From NCBI GenBank assembly GCA_031263095.1, contig JAISGI010000015.1:12328-76327 (forward strand): DNA of 64,000 nucleotides, read 5' to 3'. This document shows positions 10,111 to 21,772 of the stretch, one piece after another. A program made the translations under genes and the position numbers. Under the pieces are notes generated by a model. That model did no database searches. It was not told where the DNA came from and worked only from the letters and a program-made list of their open reading frames with translations. Positions within the stretch are counted from its first letter, which is position 1; every line of letters begins with the position of its first letter. This DNA is from Rickettsiales bacterium. GTDB lineage: Bacteria > Pseudomonadota > Alphaproteobacteria > Rs-D84 > CACZYB01.

Positions 10111-10222
10111 TCTTTTTGTTATTATTGCCCCTGTGGAATCAGGAGATAACTTGAAAAGTTATCCTTGATTCCATAGGGCACTTGGGTTATAGTCATAAAT
10201 GTCAAACCAAAGGACAAGACCG

Positions 10223-10800
10223 ATGACAAGGAACTATAAACGTACGGGGGGGGGCAAAAGGCTAAATACCTAGCGTTTACGCTTCTCCTACTATCAGCCA
10301 ACAACTCTCAATCAGCCAATTATTATACCTGCACAGCTTGCGCCGTGCCCGGTGTCTGCCAAGCCGGAGCAAGCACAGATTTTAATAAGTACAACGCTCC
10401 GCTCACACTTGCCGAGGCTACCGCCGCCATAGGAACACCCGCAACGAACAGGTGGACGCTTGTGGACGAGCAGCCAACCGCATACCAAGTAAAATGCGGC
10501 ACTCTTCCAACCGGAATATACCGTCTTGACGCATACAACTCGGTGGAATCCTACAGCTCGCAGATAGCCGTGCTCGATAAGCCGACGGATTATACCCTTT
10601 GGCTGAACGATAGTCCTACTCCTGGATTGAATGTAAGGATTTATATGGGGACCAATTCTTGCGGCGCTTTCAATGGCTGTAACGGTGAGAACTGCAAATT
10701 TATGATACTTGCGTCCACGAATTCCAGATATACGCCCGGCATAACGCTTGACGACATGAAGCATGCCGCAAGGAATGTCGCCATATATCGGCTTCAATAG
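10223..10800 (+). CDS. phase-variable small secreted Cys-motif protein, family copy A; G9 tract at 10246-10254 leaves it out of frame (ON at 10 G)
   Basis: Leader GTCAAACCAAAGGACAAGACCG-ATG (Shine-Dalgarno plus ATG at 10223). ATG ACA AGG AAC TAT AAA CGT ACG-G9 then hits TAG at 10271 with 9 G. With 10 G it reads MTRNYKRTGGGQKAKYLAFTLLLLSANNSQSANYYTCTACAVPGVCQAGASTDFNKYNAPLTLAEATAAIGTPATNRW...AIYRLQ (the frame of ORF 10345-10800). Confidence 0.8.
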
Positions 10801-10807
10801 GAAAAGG

Positions 10808-10874
10808 GCGCAGGGAAGATTGGCGGCACGGGCTTTGGTTAGACGCAAATACCTCCCGCCAATCTTCCTTGCGC
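10808..10874 (+). ncRNA. conserved structured 3'UTR element of the family (19-bp stem, ~30-nt loop carrying an anti-leader sequence)
   Basis: Stem GCGCAGGGAAGATTGGCGG pairs with CCGCCAATCTTCCTTGCGC, the only mismatch being a G·U pair in the sense transcript. The loop contains GCTTTGGTTAGACGC, complementary to the GTCTAACCAAAG leader. The same element follows copies B and K and, on the minus strand, copy D. Confidence 0.55.
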
Positions 10875-10891
10875 CCGAAACCTCAGGAATC

Positions 10892-12499
10892 TTAAACGCT
10901 CTTCCTAATTTCCTTGACCGCGGCGATAAGCGCGGTGGTCGAGGAATCATGCGCCGCAATGTCCGCGCTTTTCAGGTCGGCAACCACGGCCGAGGCAAGC
11001 TTTTTGCCAAGCTCCACCCCGAACTGGTCGAAACTGTTTATGTCCCACATTACCCCCTCGGCGAACGTCTTGTGCTCGTACAGGGCGACAAGCATGCCGA
11101 GCGAGGCAGGAGTGATTTTCCGCACCAAAAAAGTATTGCTCGGCCGGTTGCCCTCAAACGTCTTGAACGGCGCCAATAAATCGCCCGCAAGCTCCGGCGA
11201 ATCCGCGGCTCGCCCGCGCATAAGCGCCTCGGCCTGGGCAATACCGTTCGCGACAAGCTTTATATGGTGCTCGCCAAGCTCGTTGTGTGACAGCGCAGGT
11301 ATGATAAAGTCGCACATCATGGGCTTCGTGCCCTGGTGGATAAGCTGATAGAAGCTGTGCTGCCCGTTCGTGCCCTCCTCGCCGAACAACACGGGCGAGG
11401 TCTGGTATTTGACCGGCATGCCGTCGCGACCCACGTATTTCCCGTTGCTCTCCATGACAAGCTGTTGCAGGTATGAAGGCAGATAGGCGAGATAGTGGTC
11501 GTACGGCAACACGGCAAGCGTGTCCATGCCCAAAAAATTCGCATTCCATATTTCCATAAGCGCCATGATGATCGGGATATTTTGGCGGAAATCCGTGGAG
11601 CGGAAGTGTCGATCGGCCTCCGCCGCGCCGGCAAGCATGGCCTTGAAGTTTGCCGTGCCGATAGCTATCATGATTGCAAGCCCGATTGGCCCCCACATGG
11701 AATAGCGGCCGCCCACATAGTCGCCGAAGGGGAATACCTGTGCGGTCGGAATACCGAACTCGTTGGCAAGGCGCGCGTTGGTGGAAATCGCCGCGAAATG
11801 GTGCGCGACCGCGCTTGCGCCAAGCTTCTCGATAATCCAATTCCGGCACGTCGCGGCATTGGTCATCGTCTCGTCCGTGGTGAAGGTTTTCGACGATACT
11901 ATGAACAGGGTCGACTCCGGCTCCAGCCGCCGCAAAACCTCAGCCGTGTCCGTCCCGTCGACGTTCGAGATGAAGTGGAAATTGACAAGCGGCGACTTGT
12001 ACGGAAGCAGGGCATGGATAGCCATTTTTGGCCCAAGGAACGATCCGCCGATTCCTATATTCACCACGTCGAGGATTCGCCCCTTCTTCGCACCAGTGAA
12101 ACGTCCGTCCCTTACCCGCTCCGCAAACTCGCTTGTCGCCGCGAAAGTCTCGCGTATGTCGAGGGACACATTGCGCCCGTCCACGGTAAAGTCTTCGTCC
12201 ATGTTGCGAAGCGCGGCATGCAAAACGGCGCGGTTCTCGGTGAAGTTGATTTTCTTGCCAGCGAACATCGCTTCGATTGCCGAGGCCAAACCCGCCTGCT
12301 CCGCCATTTTTACAAGGAACCCGAGGGCTTTTTTATCCACAAGATTCTTGGAAAAGTCGAACATTATGTCGCCCAAGGCAAGGCTCATTTCGCCCGCCCG
12401 CTCCGGCTCTTGGTCGAACAGGTCGGTGATTTTATAGTCGCTTAAATAGGCTTGGTGCTTTTTAAGCTGGCCATAGGCCGACGTTTCGGTGAAATTCAT
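10892..12499 (-). CDS. pgi: glucose-6-phosphate isomerase
   Basis: 535 aa with typical PGI sequence (DYSKN...GGRYSMWGPIGL...HQGTKP). Confidence 0.9.
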   Translation of the reverse strand: MNFTETSAYGQLKKHQAYLSDYKITDLFDQEPERAGEMSLALGDIMFDFSKNLVDKKALGFLVKMAEQAGLASAIEAMFAGKKINFTENRAVLHAALRNMDEDFTVDGRNVSLDIRETFAATSEFAERVRDGRFTGAKKGRILDVVNIGIGGSFLGPKMAIHALLPYKSPLVNFHFISNVDGTDTAEVLRRLEPESTLFIVSSKTFTTDETMTNAATCRNWIIEKLGASAVAHHFAAISTNARLANEFGIPTAQVFPFGDYVGGRYSMWGPIGLAIMIAIGTANFKAMLAGAAEADRHFRSTDFRQNIPIIMALMEIWNANFLGMDTLAVLPYDHYLAYLPSYLQQLVMESNGKYVGRDGMPVKYQTSPVLFGEEGTNGQHSFYQLIHQGTKPMMCDFIIPALSHNELGEHHIKLVANGIAQAEALMRGRAADSPELAGDLLAPFKTFEGNRPSNTFLVRKITPASLGMLVALYEHKTFAEGVMWDINSFDQFGVELGKKLASAVVADLKSADIAAHDSSTTALIAAVKEIRKSV

Positions 12500-12602
12500 T
12501 TGCGTCTCCTTTTTGACCGGAGAATTTTAACATAGTATTTTATTGTTGTAAAGCCCACCTGTTTCTGGTATAATGGTATAGTCAAACCAAAGGAGAAGAC
12601 CG

Positions 12603-13200
12603 ATGACAAGGAACTATAAACGTACGGGGGGGGGCAAATAAGTATATAGCTACTGCGCTTCTTCTGGTTTCAGCCAACAACTCTCAATCTGCCAATTATT
12701 ACACCTGTACCGCCTGCACCGTACCTGGAGCATGCCAACCCGGGGCGACAACGGACTGCAGCCGGTACAACGATGTATATGCGACGGGCAATCAAGGCAA
12801 CGCGGACATGGTGGCTGCATGCATAGGTTCGCCCGACAAAAGCAGGTGGCAGCTTGTCGCCAAATACTCGCTGGGCGATACTGCGGGCAATGTTTCCTCC
12901 GGCAGTCTGACGCCCGGAATCTACCGGTTCGACGGCTATTATTCGGACGACAAATACGGCTATGGCATAGTAATATTCGACCACGAGGTCAAGTATGCGT
13001 TCAAAGATTTCATCTCCAACAGCGAATCCTGCTGCAACCGCATAGTAGTCAATGTGAACAACGAAGATGCGCTGACGCATAACGCACCTGGTACGCAAAC
13101 GGCGGACGTAGGAAATTATCAGGTCAAGGCCGTGCCGAACATAACCCTTTCGGATATGATTCGTACTGGCAAAACAGGCGCAATATACAAACTGAACTAG
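12603..13200 (+). CDS. phase-variable family copy B; G9 at 12626-12634 (ON at 8 G)
   Basis: Same leader (GTCAAACCAAAGGAGAAGACCG-ATG). At 9 G translation stops (..GGC AAA TAA). At 8 G it reads MTRNYKRTGGANKYIATALLLVSANNSQSANYYTCTACTVPGACQPGATTDCSRYNDVYATGNQGNADMVAACIGSPDKSRWQLVAK...GAIYKLN, joining ORF 12808-13200. The promoter has an extended -10 (TGGTATAAT) at about 12569. Confidence 0.8.
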
Positions 13201-13208
13201 AGGGCAGG

Positions 13209-13276
13209 GTGCAGGGAAGATTGGCGGCACGGGCTTTGGTTAGACGCTAAGCGCCTCCCGCCAATCTTTCTTGCGC
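13209..13276 (+). ncRNA. family 3'UTR hairpin element (copy B)
   Basis: Stem GTGCAGGGAAGATTGGCGG pairs with CCGCCAATCTTTCTTGCGC. All three mismatches are G·U or U·G in the sense RNA. The loop is CACGGGCTTTGGTTAGACGCTAAGCGCCTC. Confidence 0.55.
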
Positions 13277-13419
13277 CCAACTCTAAATAGATAAATATTT
13301 CAACCTTTTTTATTGTTTTTATGCCTGTGGTATGCAAAGGCAACTCGCCAGAGTTGTCCTGCATTCCACAGGCGTTTAGGCATGCTTTTTTCCTTGCTTT
13401 TGGCGCTCCCTTTTGCTAG

Positions 13420-15879
<2,460 letters not shown>

Positions 15880-15900
15880 ATAACTGCAAAAGGCTATATA

Positions 15901-16473
15901 ATGGAAATCGAAACCAAACACCGCGTTCACGACCTCTCGAAGCTAAAGGAAGCCCTCGAAAAACAGGGCTTTAGGTACGAGAAGACCAAGCGTCAAATCG
16001 ACCGCTATTACATCCCGCGCGCCTACGACGACAGGGTCGAGACGGTATGGCCGATACTGCCGGATATGGTCGGCAATGTCCGCCTTCGGGAGACCGACGG
16101 CAAAACGCAAAGCCTCGACCTGAAGTATATAGGCGTTGACGTGGACGAGTCTGACGCCAGGAAAATTACCGAATTCGAGGTAGCCATAGCGGACGCTGGC
16201 TCGCTTGCGAACGCTACGAAAATCCTTGACCTGCTTGGCTTTGCCGAGATCTGCGTAATCGACAAGACCCGCGAAATCTGGCGGTTTGAGGAGGTCGAGG
16301 CCTGCCTCGACTCGGTCGCGAACCTAGGCGATTTTATCGAGCTGGAAATAATGTCCGACGACAAGGACTTGGCCGCCGCGCGCCTGGTAAGCCTCGGCGC
16401 CGCGCTTGGCCTGTCCGATTCAGACAAGCTTAAATGGGGCTATAACGAACTTTTGAAAGGACGCAAGAAATGA
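15901..16473 (+). CDS. CYTH-domain protein (class IV adenylate cyclase / triphosphatase family)
   Basis: N-terminal EIETKHRV pattern and acidic motifs typical of CYTH/CYaB; 190 aa. Confidence 0.55.
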   Translation: MEIETKHRVHDLSKLKEALEKQGFRYEKTKRQIDRYYIPRAYDDRVETVWPILPDMVGNVRLRETDGKTQSLDLKYIGVDVDESDARKITEFEVAIADAGSLANATKILDLLGFAEICVIDKTREIWRFEEVEACLDSVANLGDFIELEIMSDDKDLAAARLVSLGAALGLSDSDKLKWGYNELLKGRKK

Positions 16474-17372
16474 GCATTATGGTTTTTGGACACTCCGCGC
16501 CGGACACCGATTCGGTCGTATCGGCCATCGCCGCCGCATACCTGATAGGGGGCGAGCCGTACGTCCAAGGCGAGATTCAGCCCGAGGCGGAATTCGTGCT
16601 TGAAAAATTCGGTTTGGAAACGCCGAAACGGCTGGAATCCGTGGCTGGTGCGGATGTCGCGCTTGTCGATACGACCGAGCCCTCCCAACTGCCGGACGAT
16701 ATTGCCGAGGCGAACGTCAAGTACGTCTTCGACCACCATAACTTGGGCGGTTTGAAGACAAGAGGCGCGTTCGAGGGGTGGTTTATGCCCGTGGGCTGCT
16801 CGTCCACTGTTTTGCGCGACTATGCCGAGTGCGAGGGCAGGGAGCTCCCGGTAAATCTCGCCGGCGCCATGCTCTGCGCCATACTTTCGGATACGGTTCT
16901 GTTCAAGTCGCCGACCACGACCGATGCTGACAAAACTGCGGCCGAGAAGCTTGCCAAAATTGCCGGCATAGAGGACTATAATGCATTGGGCATGGAAATG
17001 CTCCGCGTCAAGTCCGCCATCGGGGACAAGACAGCCGACGACCTTATCGGCGGCGATTACAAGGAAATAGAGATAAACGGCAAGATGTTCGGCACCGGCC
17101 AGATTGAGCTTGTCGACGCATCCATGGCCGACCGCCTGGTTCCGGCGATTCGCGCACGGTTGGAGGAGCTGAAAAACAAGAAAGGCTACTTCGGCATGAT
17201 ATTCCTTATAACGGATATAATGAGGGAGGGCTCCCGCCTGTTCGTCTTCTCGGACGACGACGCGAAAGTCGCCGCCGCGCTCCACGCCGACCTGAACGAC
17301 CACGAGGCTTGGGTCGACGGCCTGATGAGCCGCAAGAAACAGATTGTCATCCCGCTTGGCGAGAAAATCTGA
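16470..17372 (+). CDS. ppaC: manganese-dependent inorganic pyrophosphatase (family II, DHH)
   Basis: MVFGHSAPDTDSV...DHHNLGG DHH motifs, followed by a DHHA2-like C-terminal half. Confidence 0.8.
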   Translation: MSIMVFGHSAPDTDSVVSAIAAAYLIGGEPYVQGEIQPEAEFVLEKFGLETPKRLESVAGADVALVDTTEPSQLPDDIAEANVKYVFDHHNLGGLKTRGAFEGWFMPVGCSSTVLRDYAECEGRELPVNLAGAMLCAILSDTVLFKSPTTTDADKTAAEKLAKIAGIEDYNALGMEMLRVKSAIGDKTADDLIGGDYKEIEINGKMFGTGQIELVDASMADRLVPAIRARLEELKNKKGYFGMIFLITDIMREGSRLFVFSDDDAKVAAALHADLNDHEAWVDGLMSRKKQIVIPLGEKI

Positions 17373-17395
17373 CCGCTAAACAAATTGAAGCTATG

Positions 17396-17425
17396 AAAAA
17401 CCCGCGGCATGTACGTGGGTTTTTC
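17396..17425. terminator. bidirectional terminator hairpin
   Basis: aaaaaCCCgcggcatgtacgtGGGttttt sits between the convergent ppaC gene and the lipoprotein gene. Confidence 0.5.
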
Positions 17426-17494
17426 ATTCAAATTTCCCAATTGAAAAAGACGACCCCGGGCTTTACCCGGGGGAAGTATTTTTCAATTGCCCGG

Positions 17495-18526
17495 CTACTG
17501 CCTTTTAGCACCAAACACACCATATACAGATAACGGCTGATTCGTCGCCGTGTTGTCAAGCCAGAAATTTCCCGCGGTTTCCGATATTATTCCACCCTCA
17601 CCGAAGAAAGAGTGGTTATAGCACTGCCCGCTGCTTGGGTTCCCGCACGTGGCGTTCTCTGCTTGGGACATGTAGTACTTGCTGTTGTTGCCCAGGATGC
17701 GTATTGTGCCGTCGGTCTTATAGGTTATGTTGTACCCCCACGTGTCCTTGAAATTCAGTTGGAGCTGCTCGTTTCCGTTCTGCTCGATGGTGAATATGGA
17801 TTGCCCGGTAAAGTCAGCCCAATCGTCCGTCCCGTCCTTGCCCACGACCGCATAGGCCTTGCCGAAGAAGTTTATTTTTCCAAGGTGCTGGTCTCTGGTC
17901 GCACTCGTGTCGAAAATCTGGCTCTCCGGCCGCGGCACGGTTATGAAGAGGTCATACTCCGGATGCGGCCCGGCGATAAGCTTGCCGTTCAGGAACACCT
18001 GCGACACGCTCTTCCAGTATCCGAAATCCGCATACTGCATGCCGAGCGACCCGCCGCCAAGCACGATCGAAGCGTCGATTCTCTGATTCATGGCGGTTAT
18101 CTTGCTTCTGTCGTATTGGATGCCTAATTGGTTCAGTTGGGAGATAAGCAACTCTGTGCTGCGCGCCTCGTATTTGTCTCCACTGGACGACGTGTATCCG
18201 AACAGCGGTAGGTTCATGGTCTTGTCCGCCTGATACGAGCCCGAGTTGTTCATATAGAAGTCGTTCACGGAGAATGCAACCTCGTCTTTAAGGTCGCTCG
18301 ACTGGTGCCATATATAGTTGATTTTGCCGTCTTCGTTGAAAAAATACTTTACCTGCCCGCCAGACGAGGGATTGACCGCATTATAGTTTATGCCGGTTAT
18401 GTCGTATGTTACAGGCTCGGCGGCAAGGGTGACAATTTTCTCGGCCGGAATATGCACCTCCTTGGGCGAAGACGTCCCGCACGCGCCAAGACAAAGCATG
18501 ATTGCTATAAGGGAAGTGTGTTTCAT
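17495..18526 (-). CDS. surface lipoprotein, TbpB/fHbp-like C-terminus (putative Slam-type SLP)
   Basis: A GAGGAG Shine-Dalgarno site precedes the ATG at 18526. It has a lipoprotein signal (MKHTSLIAIMLCLGAC-G) and a beta-rich body, and ends in ...YGVFGAKRQ. Confidence 0.55.
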   Translation of the reverse strand: MKHTSLIAIMLCLGACGTSSPKEVHIPAEKIVTLAAEPVTYDITGINYNAVNPSSGGQVKYFFNEDGKINYIWHQSSDLKDEVAFSVNDFYMNNSGSYQADKTMNLPLFGYTSSSGDKYEARSTELLISQLNQLGIQYDRSKITAMNQRIDASIVLGGGSLGMQYADFGYWKSVSQVFLNGKLIAGPHPEYDLFITVPRPESQIFDTSATRDQHLGKINFFGKAYAVVGKDGTDDWADFTGQSIFTIEQNGNEQLQLNFKDTWGYNITYKTDGTIRILGNNSKYYMSQAENATCGNPSSGQCYNHSFFGEGGIISETAGNFWLDNTATNQPLSVYGVFGAKRQ

Positions 18527-18602
18527 AATGCTCCTCTCTTTGCCAATATGATACCACAAAATCCCCTTTTCGTCAACAATATATGATTTCTATATAAAAG
18601 CG

Positions 18603-18636
18603 AAAAAATCCTTACGGCGTGTACGTGGGATTTTTT
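18603..18636. promoter_or_regulatory. hairpin element in a divergent promoter region, related to the one at 17396
   Basis: aaaaaaTCCttacggcgtgtacgtGGGAtttttt shares the GTGTACGTGGG core and flanks (…CAAT(T/C)GAAAAAGA) with 17396-17450. Confidence 0.4.
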
Positions 18637-18777
18637 CTCAAACAACCAATCGAAAAAGAGCGGAGCCGCTAGGCGAGCGCGACTTTTCGATTGCTAGTAT
18701 ATTTTTCATATTGCCAAGACGCCGAAAATGTGGTATAATAATCCCAGACATAAGGCAATACCTAGGAGGAGGAAGTC

Positions 18778-19890
18778 ATGCATAAACTCATGAAGTCGAT
18801 ATCGGTTCTGGCGATTCTTGCGCTTGCCGCGTGCGGAGGATCTGATAGCAATAGCCCGAGCGTTGACAATCCTGGCACGGGCTCGGGTACTGGTACCGGT
18901 ACAGGCTCAAAGAATCCGTCGTACAAGACAGATACCCCCACGAACGAGGATATGGTAACCCTTGCCTACGACCTCCCGCTTGGGCTGGTCCAGATTGAGG
19001 GCGATACCGAAATGTACGACATCCTCAAGTACGAGGCCAACACATACAACGAAAATATCGGCCTCTGGTACAGTACCATTCTGAACCTGGACGCTGCAGA
19101 TCCGGATGACGAGATAGAAGTCGAACGGTTCATCCCGGCCAAGCAGTTTATAAAGGACGGCAACGGCAACTGGACGGCCAAGACAACGTTCAATTTCACC
19201 TCCGGAGATTCTTACGCCAAGTTTGTCGATGGGTACATGACCACTTCGGAGGCTTCCGACGCTAATAATTTCGACCTTATCAAGCTTGACGTTGCACCGG
19301 TGCTGATGGGCGCGACTACGGACAAGACGGGCATGGCTTTCGTCGAGTACGGCTATTGGAAAAAGACCGCTTACCAAGGCGCTGTCGCCCAGTTCACTAC
19401 GTTCGAGCCGTTCGTCGGCGGCTTCGAGACGCACATGATTGACGACGCGTTGCTTCCCACGACCGGCGCTGCTATGACATTCTCGGGCCACGCTGGCGGC
19501 GGCATAAACGGCGTCGCTCCCGGCGCGACAAACACCGCCTTGAGCGGCGCGCAGCAGGAGCTTGTCGGCACCTCGTACCTTGTCCTTACTCCCGGCACTA
19601 CCTCGTCCGAAACGCTTAAATTGGCGTTCAACAACTTCTATACGTTCAACTTCACGAACGGCGGCTTCACGAGCATAGAGGGCGCGGCCACCGGAGACTA
19701 TGCCACCGCCTATGCTGGCAAACTTGCAACGTCCGGTGTCGATACGTCCAACAGCGGCTATACCCGCGACTTCTACGGCCGCAACTATACGCCCGAGGAG
19801 GTAGCCGGCATTGCCAACTTGACCATAACCGGAACGGATAGCAACATATACTATCTCAACGCCGCTTTCGGCGCCAAGAAAGCGAAATAG
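18778..19890 (+). CDS. surface lipoprotein paralog, TbpB/fHbp-like C-terminus
   Basis: GGAGGAGG Shine-Dalgarno site, a lipobox (LAILALAAC-G), a G/S/T-rich linker and the motifs FVEYGYWK and ...AAFGAKKAK at the C-terminus. It is transcribed divergently from 17495..18526. Confidence 0.55.
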   Translation: MHKLMKSISVLAILALAACGGSDSNSPSVDNPGTGSGTGTGTGSKNPSYKTDTPTNEDMVTLAYDLPLGLVQIEGDTEMYDILKYEANTYNENIGLWYSTILNLDAADPDDEIEVERFIPAKQFIKDGNGNWTAKTTFNFTSGDSYAKFVDGYMTTSEASDANNFDLIKLDVAPVLMGATTDKTGMAFVEYGYWKKTAYQGAVAQFTTFEPFVGGFETHMIDDALLPTTGAAMTFSGHAGGGINGVAPGATNTALSGAQQELVGTSYLVLTPGTTSSETLKLAFNNFYTFNFTNGGFTSIEGAATGDYATAYAGKLATSGVDTSNSGYTRDFYGRNYTPEEVAGIANLTITGTDSNIYYLNAAFGAKKAK

Positions 19891-19912
19891 TCTATACTGG
19901 CCAAAAGGCTTG

Positions 19913-19944
19913 GAAAAATCCCGGGGTTTCCCCGGGATTTTTTC
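19913..19944 (+). terminator. Rho-independent terminator
   Basis: gaaaaaTCCCGGGGtttCCCCGGGAtttttt. Confidence 0.7.
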
Positions 19945-20032
19945 TCATATCTCCTAATACACAAAAAACTTGTTTTTTGTATTGCTTGACCCCTAAAAAT
20001 ATGGTATAATAATAGCAAACGAGGAGAGAGAT

Positions 20033-20773
20033 ATGAAGCTCAATATCGCAAGTATCGCAGTTTTGGCCGCGCTTGGCCTTGCCGTGCCTGTGTCGGCGGA
20101 CGTGAATTCCAATCCTTGGGAGGATAGGGACAGGGAGGCGAAAATGCCCGGCCACTCGCCTGATTCCGTCGTGTACGAAATCTCCGACATCTGGGCCGGC
20201 CGCGACCGCGAGGAAAATATGAAGGGCGGCGGCCACATGGCCGAGAAGAAAGAGAGTGCTCCCAAGGCGCGCGCCTCAAGCCCTAAAAAGGAAAAGGAGA
20301 CGAAATACGTTTCCTACGAAAAGGAGCCGGAACCCAAATCCCGCCGCTACTCCGACAAGCCGGTCGAGCGCAAGATGTACGCGCCCGCGGCCTATGACGA
20401 CGATCTGACGCCGGATGAGCTTGCCTCCATCGAGCGGTGGCAGAATGGCATAAAGAACGTGTTCTGGGAGGACTATCGCGGAAACAACGTCCGCGTCGAG
20501 GTTCTCCGCACCAACCAGGATGTCAAGGAAATGCGCCTGAAGTTCGTCCAAAGCCAGGATATGAACTCCGATCCTGACGGCTCGGTTACCGCAATGCTCG
20601 ACAATGTGGCGGACGCGGTGATAAAGCGCACCTGCGGCAAGGCCAGCCGGCAGGCGATAATCCTCTACGAGCGCCCCTCGGTCGAGGTCACCAAACAGAC
20701 GACCTACGACGACTATCGCATAGTCGCCCGCGGCGCAAGCTTGCGCGAATACGGCTTCCGCTGTATATACTAG
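20033..20773 (+). CDS. secreted hypothetical protein with a charged K/E/P-rich linker
   Basis: Shine-Dalgarno site GAGGAGAGAG, a signal peptide (MKLNIASIAVLAALGLAVPVSA) and a terminator at 20793-20822. Confidence 0.5.
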   Translation: MKLNIASIAVLAALGLAVPVSADVNSNPWEDRDREAKMPGHSPDSVVYEISDIWAGRDREENMKGGGHMAEKKESAPKARASSPKKEKETKYVSYEKEPEPKSRRYSDKPVERKMYAPAAYDDDLTPDELASIERWQNGIKNVFWEDYRGNNVRVEVLRTNQDVKEMRLKFVQSQDMNSDPDGSVTAMLDNVADAVIKRTCGKASRQAIILYERPSVEVTKQTTYDDYRIVARGASLREYGFRCIY

Positions 20774-20792
20774 CCGACCACTCGCAAGAATG

Positions 20793-20822
20793 AAAAAAAA
20801 GCCGGTTTCGACCGGCTTTTTT
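20793..20822 (+). terminator. Rho-independent terminator
   Basis: aaaaaaaaGCCGGTttcgACCGGCtttttt. Confidence 0.7.
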
Positions 20823-20894
20823 GTAATAATCCCCGCTGCACTAGAAATATTACAATAACATTATTTGATTATTTTTTTTGTTGTTATTATTGTC

Positions 20895-20945
20895 CCTGTG
20901 GGCAAGCGGAGATAACTCGGGAGAGTTATCCTGCTTGTCCACAGG
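20895..20945. repeat. REP-like palindrome, preceded by the CTAGAAATATTACAAT motif (20843-20858) and a T-rich run
   Basis: CCTGTGGgcaagcggagataactcgggagagttatcctgcttgtCCACAGG, followed directly by the copy-C promoter (TTGACA, 17-nt spacer, TATTAT). Confidence 0.6.
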
Positions 20946-21006
20946 CTTGACATATATCCTTATTCATGCTATTATATATAGGTCTAACCAAAGGAGAAAG
21001 ACGGCA

Positions 21007-21547
21007 ATGACATATATGAACAAAAAGCGTACGGGGGGGGGCAAATAAGTATTTAGTTATTGCGCTTCTCCTGATTTCGACTAACTCTCAATCTTCAAAT
21101 TACTATACCTGTACTGCCTGCGCCATACCCGGAGCATGTCAGGCCGGGGCAAACGCAGACTTTGACAAGTACAACACTCCACTTACGCTTGCCGAAGCTA
21201 CCGCCGCAATCGGCACGCCCTCAAAATCGAGATGGAGCCTTATAGATGGTGGCCATTTCGTCAACAAGCGCGGTACTCTCTCGCCCGGAGCTTACATGAT
21301 AAGCGGCAATGCCAGCATGTCCGCCGGAGGCTGCACGTCCCAGGTGGCGGTGTTCGACAGGGAAGTTGGCTATAACCTGCTTGCCGACGGCATAACGATA
21401 GACACGAACAACCCCGTGTTCAGCGGCACTACCTGGGGAGTGTATAGTCCAGCGGACTGCTCGGCAGACACGCTTCAGACTCCTGGCTGGAGCAAGGAGG
21501 ACATAACCGCCCAGTCTTTCGGCAGCTATATATACAAACTCCAATAA
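21007..21547 (+). CDS. phase-variable family copy C; G9 at 21033-21041 (ON at 8 G)
   Basis: Leader GTCTAACCAAAGGAGAAAGACGGCA-ATG. At 9 G it stops (AAA TAA). At 8 G it reads MTYMNKKRTGGANKYLVIALLLISTNSQSSNYYTCTACAIPGACQAGANADFDKYNTPLTLAEATAAIGTPSKSRWSLIDGG...GSYIYKLQ. Confidence 0.8.
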
Positions 21548-21565
21548 ATTTCTGTTGCTGCCACC

Positions 21566-21612
21566 CCTGTGGAAAGTCGGCGACAACTTGTCAAGTTGTC
21601 CCGGCTTTCTAT
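21566..21612. repeat. REP-like palindrome with a degenerate right end
   Basis: CCTGTGGaaagtcggcgacaacttgtcaagttgtcccggctttCTATGG. Confidence 0.5.
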
Positions 21613-21642
21613 GGTCTCCTGAACCAAATATCTTATACCCGG

Positions 21643-21752
21643 GCGCAAGAAAGATTGGCGGAGGGCAAAGATTCCGTCTCCGGAATCCAAAAGCGTCTAA
21701 CCAAAGGGCAGAGAGAATCTGCCTATGCCGAACCCGCCAATCTCACTTGCGC
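21643..21752 (-). ncRNA. family 3'UTR hairpin element belonging to copy D, with an extended loop
   Basis: On the minus strand the stem GCGCAAGTGAGATTGGCGG pairs with CCGCCAATCTTTCTTGCGC. The loop carries CCCTTTGGTTAGACGC (anti-leader) plus a small internal hairpin (GGATTCCggagacGGAATC). Confidence 0.5.
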
Positions 21753-21772
21753 CAGGAAAGGAGCCGGCCAAG

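Noticed and set aside
10223-10800. Type IV pilin or Opa identity for the family.
   Set aside because: There is no class III pilin leader or hydrophobic alpha1 helix (FTLIELMIV...). The proteins are about 150 aa soluble precursors with a type I signal peptide. They also lack the eight-strand Opa barrel length or pattern. Only the phase-variation logic resembles Opa/PilC.
10763-11179. ORFs starting inside the 3'UTR element (10763-11179 and 46236-46466, ...RAQGRLAARALVRR...).
   Set aside because: They are read across the conserved hairpin in a non-conserved frame. One lies antisense to pgi; the other runs from the end of copy K through its 3'UTR element. They are translation artefacts of a structured RNA element.
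18527-18777. Fur box in the divergent promoter of the TbpB-like lipoprotein pair.
   Set aside because: No convincing GATAATGATAATCATTATC-like 19-mer was found by eye. Only the shared hairpin element is clear. Iron regulation remains untested.
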